Source: a bacterium (GTDB taxonomy: Bacteria; Desulfobacterota; DSWW01). Taken from it: a stretch of 64,000 nucleotides of DNA. Numbering within the stretch: position 1 is the first letter of the stretch; every line of letters starts with the position of its first letter. The position numbers were made by a program, and so were the translations under genes. Shown piece after piece: positions 18,429 through 27,852 of the stretch. The DNA is taken from contig JBFLZG010000103.1 of NCBI GenBank assembly GCA_040756235.1, positions 1-64,000 of the forward strand, given 5' to 3'. Below the pieces are notes generated by a model. It was not told the origin of the DNA. It ran no database searches and saw only the letters and a program-made list of their open reading frames with translations.

Positions 18429-19208
18429 TTATAGTTCTTCTGGAGGGGCCGGCGGCTGTTCCTTGGCGAGGACGAACGAATAGGTGTAGACGATCTCGCC
18501 ACCGGCAGAGTCCTTGACCGAAATCAGGATGGTGTGCTCTCCGAGCTCCTGCTCCGGCGGCCTCCACGAGATCTTGCCGTCGGAGTCGATCTCGAGGCCC
18601 TTGGGCCCTTCCACGACGGCGAAGTCGAGGGGATCCCCGTCAGGATCGGAGGCCACGACTCGCGTCTCATAGCTCTGACCGTCAAAGCGCGGTCCGGCGA
18701 GCTCCCGGACAGCGGGAGGAGAGTTGCCGACGGTTACGGACGCACGGCCGGGGGCCGCTCCGTCGGGCTCTCCCATGCAGCCGACCAGAACGGACACTGT
18801 GTCTCCCCGCTTGAAGGCTCCCGCGAACGTCTCCCCGCGCTCCTCCTGGATTTCCACCTCGTTCACGGACCAGTGGTAGTCCGGCATCGGGCACGGATCG
18901 GGCTCGGAGGGATCGAGCTCGACGCGGATCGTGTCCCCGACCCTGGGAAGGCGAGGGAGCAGCTCGACCCGCAATTCCGTGCGAGCCTGGCTCGAGCCGG
19001 AGTGGATGCCGGCCGGCACTGCTCCAAGCTCAGGCTCTGCGCTTCCCGCCGGGTGCGTGTCGCTCAGCGGACCGTCCTGCTCGGAGGGTCGGGCCTCCGG
19101 GGACTGCGGGGGGGATCCGGACTCCGGAGAACAGGAGGCCAGGGCGGCGCCGAGCCAGACGATCAGCAGCCCCGAGCAGCGGCACCGATTCCATCTCTTC
19201 GCGAGCAT
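18429..19208 (-). CDS. Lipoprotein with Ig-like/cadherin-like domain
   Basis: Lipobox ALASC; ASDPDGDPLDF..GPKGLEIDSDGKISW putative Ig signature. Confidence 0.75.
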   Translation of the reverse strand: MLAKRWNRCRCSGLLIVWLGAALASCSPESGSPPQSPEARPSEQDGPLSDTHPAGSAEPELGAVPAGIHSGSSQARTELRVELLPRLPRVGDTIRVELDPSEPDPCPMPDYHWSVNEVEIQEERGETFAGAFKRGDTVSVLVGCMGEPDGAAPGRASVTVGNSPPAVRELAGPRFDGQSYETRVVASDPDGDPLDFAVVEGPKGLEIDSDGKISWRPPEQELGEHTILISVKDSAGGEIVYTYSFVLAKEQPPAPPEEL

Positions 19209-19267
19209 TTTCGTTCTCCCGATCTGGCTACTCATCCAAACGCATTTGGTGATGAGACAAGTTGTCA

Positions 19268-19362
19268 CCCTCACCTTGATCCTCTCCCCTTGAAGAGGTT
19301 AACAATGAGGCGACCTGGCAATACCCTCGCCCCCGCAGGGGGAGAGGGCCGGGGTGAGGGGG
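19268..19362. repeat. CCCTCACC..CCTCTCCC-type hairpin repeat
   Basis: ccctcaccttgatcctctcccc and ggggagagggccggggtgagggg. Confidence 0.6.
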
Positions 19363-19397
19363 GAAGAGAGCCTGCATGTAAAATTCATGCGTTCCTA

Positions 19398-20120
19398 TTA
19401 CTCGCCACCGCCGACCACGTGGGAGACCTTGCGGTAAACGGTCGAGACTTCTGAGGAGAGGGACGAGGAGGCCTGCGGCACCGCCTGAGCGCGGACTGCA
19501 TAATAGATGGCCACGGAGCCGGCCCCGGCGCCCTTGCCGACACCCTCGTATCCGGCGGCGAACTCGATGCTGGACCCTACCAGGATCTGCGCGCGCAGGC
19601 GGTCGATGTCCACCCCGACTTCGGCATTCGAGAAGGTGCTGTCCGAGGGCGCAGTAAGCGTGAAGGTGAGATCGGTGGCGCCGGTACCCGGATTGGCCGG
19701 GTCGGGCGGGCTCTTGGGATCGGCCGTGTCGGCCGAATGGCCGTCCTCGGCGAAGTTGTCGTTTCCGGGAAAGCCCTGGACGTCTGCCAGGAGGTTGGAG
19801 TCCCTGCGAAACAGGCTCAGGTAAAGCTTCCCGTCCACGAGGGGAATGGAAGCGGTTCCGGGATAGTCGGTGTCGGGGTCCACGGCGTCGTCCAGGTGGT
19901 CCAGAATGGTCTGCACGCCGAGGTCCGCCGCTCCGTCGGCCAGGTTGAAGTCCTGCTGGAACTGCCTCCGGTTGCCCGCCATGCGCACGTCGGAGGATGT
20001 GTCGCTCGCCATGCCGAGGGCGATCAGCGAGACCGAGGCAAGGATGAGCAGGGACGAGATCAGGACCATTCCGTCCTTTCGAGCCAGAGCCGCGACGATG
20101 TAGGGTGCATGCTTCTTCAC
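19398..20120 (-). CDS. pilX: PilX-like minor pilin, set 2
   Basis: KDG|MVLISSLLIL lacking E5, RMAGNRR, FNLADG; GTGA overlap with pilV stop. Confidence 0.8.
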   Translation of the reverse strand: MKKHAPYIVAALARKDGMVLISSLLILASVSLIALGMASDTSSDVRMAGNRRQFQQDFNLADGAADLGVQTILDHLDDAVDPDTDYPGTASIPLVDGKLYLSLFRRDSNLLADVQGFPGNDNFAEDGHSADTADPKSPPDPANPGTGATDLTFTLTAPSDSTFSNAEVGVDIDRLRAQILVGSSIEFAAGYEGVGKGAGAGSVAIYYAVRAQAVPQASSSLSSEVSTVYRKVSHVVGGGE

Positions 20121-20875
20121 GAGAAGTCCCCCGTCTTGAAGCCTCTCTCGAACGTGGTGAGGGTCATGGAGTAATCGACTCCCTTTTCCTTCCAGCGGAT
20201 GACCGCATGGACCGTCTTCAGCTCGCGGATGCGGGCGTTGGGGTTGGCCGACAGCCCGCTCCAGTCGGCCACGTCCCACTCGATCTTATAAGCGGCCCCG
20301 GATTGATAGTCGGAATCGCTCGCGACCCCGCCGCAGTCCTTGAAAACATAGCTGGGACCCTGGGCGGGAAGGTCGTCGAAATTGATGGTCCGCATCTGCT
20401 CGAGGTGGCCGGCTCCGGCCGTGCTGGCCCGGCTCATGGACCTGGAGAAGGTGCGGCCGTTGACGCTCTGGAACTGCAGCCCCACGTATCCCAGGACGCC
20501 GACCGAGAGCACGGCCAGGGCGATGAGGACTTCCAGCAAAGTGAAGCCGCTGCGACCGGGGAAGCGCCGAGCGCTCGAGCAGACCGGGTTGGCGGACACG
20601 CTTCGCTTTGTCCACCGCACCGGCCGTTTCCAGGCGCCGGGTCTCCGTGGGTTGGTGGACACGCTTCGCTTTGTCCACCCTACAGGGATGCCATGCCCGC
20701 CCGCCGCTCGGGCAGGGCAAGCCCTGCCCCTACAAGAATACCGTGCCGTGCCGGGTGGACACACCTTCGGCTTTGTCCGCCCCGCCGGCCGTTTCCAGGC
20801 GCGGGATCTCCATGAGTTGGTGGACACGCTTCGCTTTGTCCACCCTACCGGCCGTCCGGGATTGGCAGGATGCAT
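20117..20875 (-). CDS. pilV: PilV minor pilin, set 2, with predicted 110-aa repeat-derived leader; start uncertain
   Basis: RSG|FTLLEVLIALAVLSVGVLG with F1 at 20545; ATG 20875 preceded by ggaggg just after the pilW stop. Confidence 0.8.
   Translation of the reverse strand: MHPANPGRPVGWTKRSVSTNSWRSRAWKRPAGRTKPKVCPPGTARYSCRGRACPARAAGGHGIPVGWTKRSVSTNPRRPGAWKRPVRWTKRSVSANPVCSSARRFPGRSGFTLLEVLIALAVLSVGVLGYVGLQFQSVNGRTFSRSMSRASTAGAGHLEQMRTINFDDLPAQGPSYVFKDCGGVASDSDYQSGAAYKIEWDVADWSGLSANPNARIRELKTVHAVIRWKEKGVDYSMTLTTFERGFKTGDFS
20590..20848 (-). repeat. Tandem GTAG-type REP-like palindromes inside the pilV leader
   Basis: Four copies of minus-strand gtagggtggacaaagcgaagcgtgtccacc (two exact, two degenerate) plus gtaggggcagggcttgccctgccc. 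Confidence 0.8.
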
Positions 20876-20895
20876 TCCGGTGCCCTCCGCGCACC

Positions 20896-22089
20896 TCAGA
20901 GATTGCGGTTTCGGACCATCACCGTCTCGACCAGCAGATGGCGATGGTAGCGGTAGTCGAAGTCCGAATCGATGCCGTCTGCATCGCTCGTGTCGAGCTG
21001 GATCGTGTGGTCCGCGAGCGTATAACTGTAGCTCGGCGGGTCCTGCACGTCTCCGAGGTCCCGGTGGTTCGGCTCGGGCAGCAGGCTCCGGGCGAGGATG
21101 AAGACCCGTACGGCCCGGATCCTTTCCTCGTTGCCCGTGGGATCGTCCACGTACTCGGCCGGATCGATGACGCCGCTCTCGTCGGCGTCCCATCCGTATT
21201 GAAACTGCAAATCTTCGATCCCTTCGGCGACCTCTGCCAGAGGTCCGTCCGCCAGATCGAGATCCTGTGTGTTGTCGAAGATGACCAGGTCCGGGATGCC
21301 GTCTCCGTCTCGGTCGTCGCTCGAGCTTGTGTCTCCGTCCAGGTCGTGGGGCGTTGCCTTGTCCTTCTGGTCGACCATGATCGTATAGAGGTTCACGCGG
21401 AACATCTTGTCACCGGCGCGGACCGTACGGGGCGCGGACAGGGTGACGTCGGATCCGGCGATGGCCAGGATCCGGAGGAAGCGGTTCTCGTCCCATGGGG
21501 CGATATAGACGTAGCGAAGGGTGGGCGGATTGAACTCGTTCAGGACCTCCTCCGGCGGCATGTCCAGCCTCAGGACGGTGCTGTCGCTGGCGTCTGCCTG
21601 GATGAGGGCACGGCTGCCCAGGGCGGTGACAACGCTCAATACGTCGGGCCCGTCGGAGTGGTTCTCGGCCGTGAACACGCCGGAAGCACTGCGATGTGAG
21701 CCTTGGATCGGCTCGTTGGCGTAGGGCGGGAAGTTCTCCCGGCAGCCGAGACCGGCATTGCGGATGAGGCGCGTCACCTGGTCCGTGGCGAGCCGGGCGT
21801 TGAGCTGCATGTCCCTGAGGCCCGCTTCCCCCTCGTAGCTTCTCTTCTGCACCACGTAGCCTCCGGCAATGCCGATCACCAGGACCCCGGAGACCACCAG
21901 CGTGACCAGGAGCTCGGTCAGACTGAAGCCGCCCTGGGAGCGGATCTGCACGGATCGCGGTCCGGCCCGGCGGAGACGTCTCACGGCCTCTTCGCTGCCG
22001 GCCGGACTGCCGGGCGAGCCGTCCCGCGCCGCATGCGACCGCTCGGAGGTTTTCACGGACAGGTGCCGCAGAGGGAACATTCTGCGCAT
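20896..22089 (-). CDS. pilW: PilW minor pilin, set 2; start uncertain
   Basis: QGG|FSLTELLVTLVVSG, MQLNAR, IRNAG, VAEGIEDLQFQYG, IRAVRV, VMVRN. Confidence 0.85.
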   Translation of the reverse strand: MRRMFPLRHLSVKTSERSHAARDGSPGSPAGSEEAVRRLRRAGPRSVQIRSQGGFSLTELLVTLVVSGVLVIGIAGGYVVQKRSYEGEAGLRDMQLNARLATDQVTRLIRNAGLGCRENFPPYANEPIQGSHRSASGVFTAENHSDGPDVLSVVTALGSRALIQADASDSTVLRLDMPPEEVLNEFNPPTLRYVYIAPWDENRFLRILAIAGSDVTLSAPRTVRAGDKMFRVNLYTIMVDQKDKATPHDLDGDTSSSDDRDGDGIPDLVIFDNTQDLDLADGPLAEVAEGIEDLQFQYGWDADESGVIDPAEYVDDPTGNEERIRAVRVFILARSLLPEPNHRDLGDVQDPPSYSYTLADHTIQLDTSDADGIDSDFDYRYHRHLLVETVMVRNRNL

Positions 22090-23075
22090 GTCTCTTCCTT
22101 TTGCCCGACTTGAATGCGTCCCACGTGGTTGATCTCGACCGGATAAGAAAGGGTCAGACAACGGCTCGAGCAGTGGCCCGGGTCGGTGCGGATCGAGGTC
22201 TCCAGGTCGAGCCCGGCCGAGTGGCTCGCTCCGACCGGCGTGAACCGCAGCGGAGGCGTACTGGCTAGGGAAACGGATGCATCGATCGGTTCGGCCAGGA
22301 CCTCGAGGTCCGTGGCCGGGCTGAATGCGTCGTTATCGTCCCGGTCGACGTACAGCACATAACAGCGATCGTGCGCATTGACGGATCCGTCATGGTTGCA
22401 GTCGAACGGCGGGGTGCTGGTGAAGAATGCCACCTTGACGTCGACGCCCCTGGCCAACGCCTCGTGCTTGGCCTTTTCCAGGCGGAACCGCAGGTCCCGT
22501 GTGAAGCCCCTGAGCTTGGTGTCGTTGGAGCTGATCTCGACCGCGGCAAGGGTGGAGCAGATTCCGATCAGGGCGAGCACCACCATGAGCTCGACCAGGC
22601 TGAAGCCCCCTGCTCGCCCCGAGGCCGGCGCGCAGCCGGAGTTGGCGGACAAGGTTCGCTTTGTCCACCCTACCGAGTGCTCACGCGGCTCGCGGGGCAC
22701 GGTGGGTGTGCCGCCGAGGAGGCGAGGGCGAGTCGCGGAGGCCGTCACGAGTCCCGAAGGCCGGGGAACGCAGCCCTGTTTCTCGTTATCTCGCCCTATG
22801 GCCCGATTTTCGGGCCAGGCTGGTGTGCCCCGTGAACACCCGGCCCGGGACGAGGGACGAAAAGGGCGGCCCGCCCGAAGGGCCGCAGTCTCCGACCCTC
22901 GGGAGGAGAACGGGCCGGAGCGTTCTGAGCCCGAGACGATAGAGGGCGGTGCACCCACCCCACCCGACGTGACAATGCACCCGTCATGGGGCGGCCGGCA
23001 CGCCCGCGATCCAGCGGCCACGATTGGCGGACACGCGTTGGGCTTACTCCACCCTATCGAGTGTTTCCAGTTCAT
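22053..23075 (-). CDS. FimT/FimU minor pilin, set 2, with predicted 157-aa leader; start uncertain
   Basis: AGG|FSLVELMVVLALIGI with F1 at 22604, AKHEAL, LRFTPVG, INHVGRI; only in-frame ATG upstream of F1 is 23075, next to the pilY1 stop. Confidence 0.75.
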   Translation of the reverse strand: MNWKHSIGWSKPNACPPIVAAGSRACRPPHDGCIVTSGGVGAPPSIVSGSERSGPFSSRGSETAALRAGRPFRPSSRAGCSRGTPAWPENRAIGRDNEKQGCVPRPSGLVTASATRPRLLGGTPTVPREPREHSVGWTKRTLSANSGCAPASGRAGGFSLVELMVVLALIGICSTLAAVEISSNDTKLRGFTRDLRFRLEKAKHEALARGVDVKVAFFTSTPPFDCNHDGSVNAHDRCYVLYVDRDDNDAFSPATDLEVLAEPIDASVSLASTPPLRFTPVGASHSAGLDLETSIRTDPGHCSSRCLTLSYPVEINHVGRIQVGQKEETCAECSLCGTCP

Positions 23076-23076
23076 G

Positions 23077-26000
23077 TCATTTCTCGTACCAGATGACGTT
23101 GCCGCTCTTCTGGTGGAAAGGGGTCTTCATGAGGATCTCGCGGATCTCTCCGGTGCTTTGCTGGACGTAGATCTTGCCTCCCTTCTCCTGGCCGACGTGG
23201 ATGGCGAGGCTGGAAGGTCTTCCCATCTCGAGGTCCAGCGATCTCTCCAGCGACGTCCCTGCAGGAGGCGGCTGGAAGCTGAAGACGTCCTCGCTGTAGG
23301 CCGTGCCGGTCTCGTAGTACACGGCATAGAGACGCCCCTGCCCGCCGAACCCGCACACGTCCGCGTCCGGCTTGAAGGAGGTGAACATGGTGAGGCCGCC
23401 GAAGACGCTTGGTTTCTCCAGGACCCGCTCGCCCGCGTCCGGTCCTGCGGTTTCGACGAGGTCCATGACCCAACCGTAGGTCGGAAACGACTCGCTGCCC
23501 CGCATGGCCTCGAGCATGTCTTCCCACTGGCTGCCGTCCGGGACCTCGGTGGACCCGGAGACCGTGCTGTTCGGCTCGCCGTACGTGACGGTCACGTTCG
23601 TCACATCGATCAGGTCCGCCGGCTCGCTTGCTTCGGCGCTGCCGCCGTCGGCGAGGGTCCTGTCCTTGACGCCGTAAAAGCTCTGCGTCGTGAGCATGAG
23701 CTTGTCCTCGGCCGAGAAGAAGCGGCCGGTGCCCCAGTAGATCCAGGGCGTGTTCAGGTGGTCGGCGCCGATCGCCGGGGCGGCCGTGATGGACTGGCCG
23801 CTGCGCGTGGAGGCCAGCACGGATGCCGACCAGCTGCCGGGTGTCTGGTATCCCCCCTCCGTGGTCCCGATCAGCAGGCGGTAGAGCTTGCCTCGCCAGA
23901 TACCGCTCACCAGGTAGCTCGCGCCGATGTAAGCCGCGTTCGTGTTGTAGTCGAGATTCAAATCCACGGTCGCCGCCCCGCCCGCGAAGCCGGCGCTGTC
24001 GAGCTGGAAGCGCCGCATGAGGGTCCCCGTGCGCAGATCCAGCACGTAGACCGAGACCGCCTGGCTGCTTAGGCCTGCGTAGTCCGTGGGGCCGGAGCCG
24101 AACACGGCATGCCAGCTGCCCGGCGCGTCCGGGTCCCCGATGCGCGCGACGGCGGGATAGGAGGTCGTGAACCCGAGGTTCGTGGGATCGGTGAACTCCC
24201 AGAGCAGATCGGGGGCCCCGGGGTTGGTGATGTCCAGGGCGAAGAAGCAGGAGGACCAGGTGTGCGGATCGTTGCTGGCGCCGTTCAGATCGAAGTCGCT
24301 GGCCGGGTACGTGCCTCCGCCCAGGGCGAGGCCGCCGATGAGAACGGTTCCCCACCCTCCCGGATGGGTGCCGTCATCCGGAAAGATCCGGGCGTCGACG
24401 ATCTTCGGCTTCAGGTCCACGTAATAGACGTGCGTATAGTTCGGGTCGGCCAACCAGCGCAGGTGAGGCAGCAGGTTGTGGGGCACGTAGGTCCAGATTT
24501 CCTCGCCCGACTCGGGGGTGAACCCGAGGGCGCTGGTGAAGTACGACGGGTACTCGTCCGTGTAGCGGCCGTGCTCGCGGCTTTCGGTCCCGCTGTCCTC
24601 ACCGGACCGGTAGCAGCCTGCGTTGAAGGCGTGAAGCATGCCGTCGTTGGCGCCGACGTAAATGACCGTCGGTCTGGGCACGAGGTCGCCCGCGGTCCCT
24701 CGGGCATACTTGCGTTCGAACTCTCCGTAAGTCGGGTCGCTGTAGATGTCGTCGTAGTTCTCCATGGGCCTCGAGACCACGGCCGGCGTGGAGTAGACGA
24801 TGTCGCCGAGCCGCCAGGTCGCTTCCGCGTCCGGCAGCGTGTCGCCGTTGGTGTCGACGAACATTCTGCGCGAGCGCGTGCCGGAAAGATCTTCTCCCAG
24901 CGTGTAGCGAATGACGGTTTCGGCCTCGCTCGCGGTCGCGGCGCGCAGGTAGTTCTTCAAGGTCAAGGCCTCTCCGGGCAGCATTTGCATGAGGTTGCTC
25001 TGGTCCAAGGTCGTGAAGATCTTGCGCGGCCGGCTGGTGAGGTCCCGCAAGGCCAGCTTCTTCCCCGCCTCCCACAGCGAGCGGGTGTCCTCGAGCGAGA
25101 TGTTGGTCTCGTCCCAGACCCCGTCTCCGTAGGGTCCGTCGGCCGAGACGAAATCCCGCTTGAGACGCGTCTCGTTCTGCTCGTCCAGGTAGAAGCGGAC
25201 GATATCGTCTTCCTCGTAGATCAGCCGCTTGTCGCCGTTGTCTTCGCGCAGGTTGCCGTGATCGTCCACCCACAGTCCGTGGAGAAATCCGATCCAGTTG
25301 AGCTCCACATAGTCATTGTTCATGTATCGGATTTCCTTCGGCTTGAAGTAGGCCTGGAACAGGGATCCCTCGCCGTGGGCGCTGGTCGAAAGGATGGAGA
25401 CCGCGGTTCCGGAAGAGGTCCTCCGAAGGATGTCGGTGATGGCGGCCTTCAGGCTCGTGGCGAGCTGCTCGCCGTCGTCGGCTTCGAAATAGGTGTCCGG
25501 GTCTCCGTCTCCGTTCTTGTCGTACTCTGCCTGGAGATCGGGCAGGAAGTTGCCGTTGCGATCGTCGAAGCTGCCGTTCCGCGCGGCTTGCTTGAGCAGG
25601 CGGCGACCGTCCGGAGAGGCGCTTCCGAACGCGGCGTAGACGAAGTAGGAGGTGATGAACTGGTTGCCCTGCAGGTCGGTCCTGAGGTCGCGGTACCTGT
25701 GACCCGCGACGTCCACCCGGCTCCACAAGGCGACATCATCGACATAGTGGGAGCCGTAGTTGGGATCGTACCAGAAGTAGTTGGGATCCGACGGTCCGGC
25801 CCAGGCCGGGACCGCATCCGTGCCGTCGGTGTAACTCGGGTTGTATCCCTCGATGGCGGCGGGGAGGTTGCGGTCGTAGGTCGGCTCCCCGTCCGTGATG
25901 GCCAGAACGAAGCTCTTTGAGCACCAGATGTATTCGGTCGTGCCGCCGGTGCCGTAGTTGAAGGGGTCGGCCGCACTGCCTACCCGGTAGGATTGAGGAT

Positions 26001-26895
26001 CCGGGCTGTAGTACCTCGGCCCGGTCGTCCCGGTGGTGCTGCTCTGGGCAAAGTAGCCGGTCGCGGTCCACAGGGCCTCGCCCAGAGGGGTCCAGGTGCC
26101 GGGCCGGTCGCCTTCGATGGCGGTGACCATGCTGCTCACGATGTCGTCGGTCATCTCCTTCACGACGCGTCCGCCCTGTTCGCTGTTGTAGAACATGAGG
26201 CCCATCCTGACATCGGTGCCGGTCTCCTGAATGACGCCGGTGGGCTCGCTGGAGAGGTGGACCTTGACGTTGTAGAGGTCGACGCAGGTGCACGGGCAGG
26301 AGCCCACGGAGGACCCCACCTTGAACTCGGACGTGCCGGCCGAACCGTACGTGAACGTGAAGCACCTGCGTCCGGAATAGGGGGTGTAGTTCTCCGCCAA
26401 GTCGACCTGCTTCATGTACCCTCTGGAGCTGGCGTCGGACTTCTCGGCCAGCAGGTCGTGCGGATCGCCCGGCAGGGACCTGGCCACGCACTTGCCCCCC
26501 ACGACGACCTTTCGGACGATGTCGATGCGCCGCATGGTGAGCCAATTCATGAAGCTTCCGTCCCACTCGTTGGCGAGCTTGGCCCGCACGCCCTTGCTGC
26601 CCGACTCCTCGAACAGGGTGCCCGTGTACACGTACCACATGTCCGGATCGAAGTAGCCGTAGTAGCGGGTGTTCGGATCGAACCCGGTGCTGGTGCCGCT
26701 TCCGTTGAAATTATAGGCGAAGTAGAACATGGAGCCCGAGTTGTCCATCAGGATGAGCACGTTCGGTCTGGGCGAAACGATGAGAAAGGGCGGATAAGCC
26801 GTATAGTCGGCCATCGTGGGTTCGGCGGGCGAGGAGCTTGCCGAAACGAAGACCGCACCGATGCAGATAAAGAGGACGATCGCGATGCGCTTCAT
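23077..26895 (-). CDS. pilY1: PilY1 pilus tip adhesin (vWA plus beta-propeller)
   Basis: Signal peptide, LMDNSGSM MIDAS, ITDGEP, LGDIVYSTP, YVGANDGMLHAF, YYVD, WGTGRF; 1272 aa. Confidence 0.93.
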   Translation of the reverse strand: MKRIAIVLFICIGAVFVSASSSPAEPTMADYTAYPPFLIVSPRPNVLILMDNSGSMFYFAYNFNGSGTSTGFDPNTRYYGYFDPDMWYVYTGTLFEESGSKGVRAKLANEWDGSFMNWLTMRRIDIVRKVVVGGKCVARSLPGDPHDLLAEKSDASSRGYMKQVDLAENYTPYSGRRCFTFTYGSAGTSEFKVGSSVGSCPCTCVDLYNVKVHLSSEPTGVIQETGTDVRMGLMFYNSEQGGRVVKEMTDDIVSSMVTAIEGDRPGTWTPLGEALWTATGYFAQSSTTGTTGPRYYSPDPQSYRVGSAADPFNYGTGGTTEYIWCSKSFVLAITDGEPTYDRNLPAAIEGYNPSYTDGTDAVPAWAGPSDPNYFWYDPNYGSHYVDDVALWSRVDVAGHRYRDLRTDLQGNQFITSYFVYAAFGSASPDGRRLLKQAARNGSFDDRNGNFLPDLQAEYDKNGDGDPDTYFEADDGEQLATSLKAAITDILRRTSSGTAVSILSTSAHGEGSLFQAYFKPKEIRYMNNDYVELNWIGFLHGLWVDDHGNLREDNGDKRLIYEEDDIVRFYLDEQNETRLKRDFVSADGPYGDGVWDETNISLEDTRSLWEAGKKLALRDLTSRPRKIFTTLDQSNLMQMLPGEALTLKNYLRAATASEAETVIRYTLGEDLSGTRSRRMFVDTNGDTLPDAEATWRLGDIVYSTPAVVSRPMENYDDIYSDPTYGEFERKYARGTAGDLVPRPTVIYVGANDGMLHAFNAGCYRSGEDSGTESREHGRYTDEYPSYFTSALGFTPESGEEIWTYVPHNLLPHLRWLADPNYTHVYYVDLKPKIVDARIFPDDGTHPGGWGTVLIGGLALGGGTYPASDFDLNGASNDPHTWSSCFFALDITNPGAPDLLWEFTDPTNLGFTTSYPAVARIGDPDAPGSWHAVFGSGPTDYAGLSSQAVSVYVLDLRTGTLMRRFQLDSAGFAGGAATVDLNLDYNTNAAYIGASYLVSGIWRGKLYRLLIGTTEGGYQTPGSWSASVLASTRSGQSITAAPAIGADHLNTPWIYWGTGRFFSAEDKLMLTTQSFYGVKDRTLADGGSAEASEPADLIDVTNVTVTYGEPNSTVSGSTEVPDGSQWEDMLEAMRGSESFPTYGWVMDLVETAGPDAGERVLEKPSVFGGLTMFTSFKPDADVCGFGGQGRLYAVYYETGTAYSEDVFSFQPPPAGTSLERSLDLEMGRPSSLAIHVGQEKGGKIYVQQSTGEIREILMKTPFHQKSGNVIWYEK

Positions 26896-26896
26896 G

Positions 26897-27211
26897 TCAC
26901 CTCCTTAGCTGAATCGCTTGGACCTCGAGAGCGCAGTCGTTGTCCAGGGTCACCTTCACGACCTCGGTGGCGCAGAGGCCGCTCAGCGTGATCGGGTTCT
27001 CTTCCGGGTCGAGGATCTCCGCCTTCTCGCACAGACGGATCTTCTCGCCGGCCACGACAACGAACGTCTTGCCGTAGCGCGAGAGCTTGCCCGTGATCAC
27101 GTTGCCGTCCCGCGCGAGCTCGGCCAGGGGGTTCCGCTCCTCCTGGGCCGAGACGGGCCAGGCCATCAAGGCAAGCAGGAGGCCGGCCCATAGAGCGGCA
27201 TACCGCGACAT
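26897..27211 (-). CDS. Small secreted protein heading the pilY1 operon
   Basis: Signal peptide ending VSA|QEE, 104 aa, stop adjacent to the pilY1 RBS/start. Confidence 0.7.
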   Translation of the reverse strand: MSRYAALWAGLLLALMAWPVSAQEERNPLAELARDGNVITGKLSRYGKTFVVVAGEKIRLCEKAEILDPEENPITLSGLCATEVVKVTLDNDCALEVQAIQLRR

Positions 27212-27598
27212 GGAGGACTTTCCTTTTCGGATCGGTCCAGGGAAAAGAAGGCGGTTGCCGGACCACCCCGCAAGGTTACGGAAAGGGCACCACAGGGTTA
27301 CGACCGAGAGCATTTTCGTATGGGGCGCCTCCCCTTGCGCGCGGATCGTCCTCCTGTCGGGCGCGCGGCGACCGACGTTCGACCGGTGTCTCCAACGACC
27401 GAGCAGAGCGGACTTTCCCATGGTTCATCGTCCTCTATAATGTGATGGACGTTCAGGAAGTTATTGACCAAAGCTCATGTTGTTTATAAAATTCCTCTGC
27501 AGCGGAGCCCTGCGCGTCTTTGCGGTCCCGGGAGCCGATCGGCCGTACCTCCATTTTTCATGGCAGGGTGTGAACCAGCGGGCTCATCCTGTGCAGAC

Positions 27599-27613
27599 GC
27601 AGGATGTGTGCCA
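27599..27613 (-). promoter_or_regulatory. Candidate sigma54 promoter of the pilY1 operon
   Basis: Minus strand TGGCACacatcCTGC (GG-N10-GC); ~390 bp upstream of the first gene. Confidence 0.4.
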
Positions 27614-27779
27614 CGGGCAGGAAGACCCCGGCTGCAGAGGCGACCGGAATCCGTTTCTCCCTTCTGCTTGGGGGAGATGTTCAGGTGACGTGTCCTTGCC
27701 CGCCCGCGCCCTTGCTCGAAGCCGAATCCGCCGGGTTGGCGGGTCTTCAGGAGGCGGCGGAGACGGGCGGCTGCCGCCT

Positions 27780-27807
27780 TTGACTCCATCCGTTGCGGGA
27801 CTAGAAT
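27780..27807 (+). promoter_or_regulatory. Candidate sigma70 promoter
   Basis: TTGACT-N16-TAGAAT upstream of the TPR-aroQ operon. Confidence 0.5.
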
Positions 27808-27852
27808 AGAGCCTGTGCCGAGGAGGGCAGCGGCCTAAAGGAGAAGGTGGGG

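Noticed and set aside
20590..20848. CRISPR array (regularly recurring ~30-bp repeats)
   Set aside because: Few degenerate copies, irregular spacing, spacers partly similar to each other, no cas genes; GTAG-ended palindromes fit REPs
18199..27800. Invertible (phase-variable) pilY1 cassette
   Set aside because: Opposite orientation noted, but I found no matching inverted repeats at both ends and no recombinase
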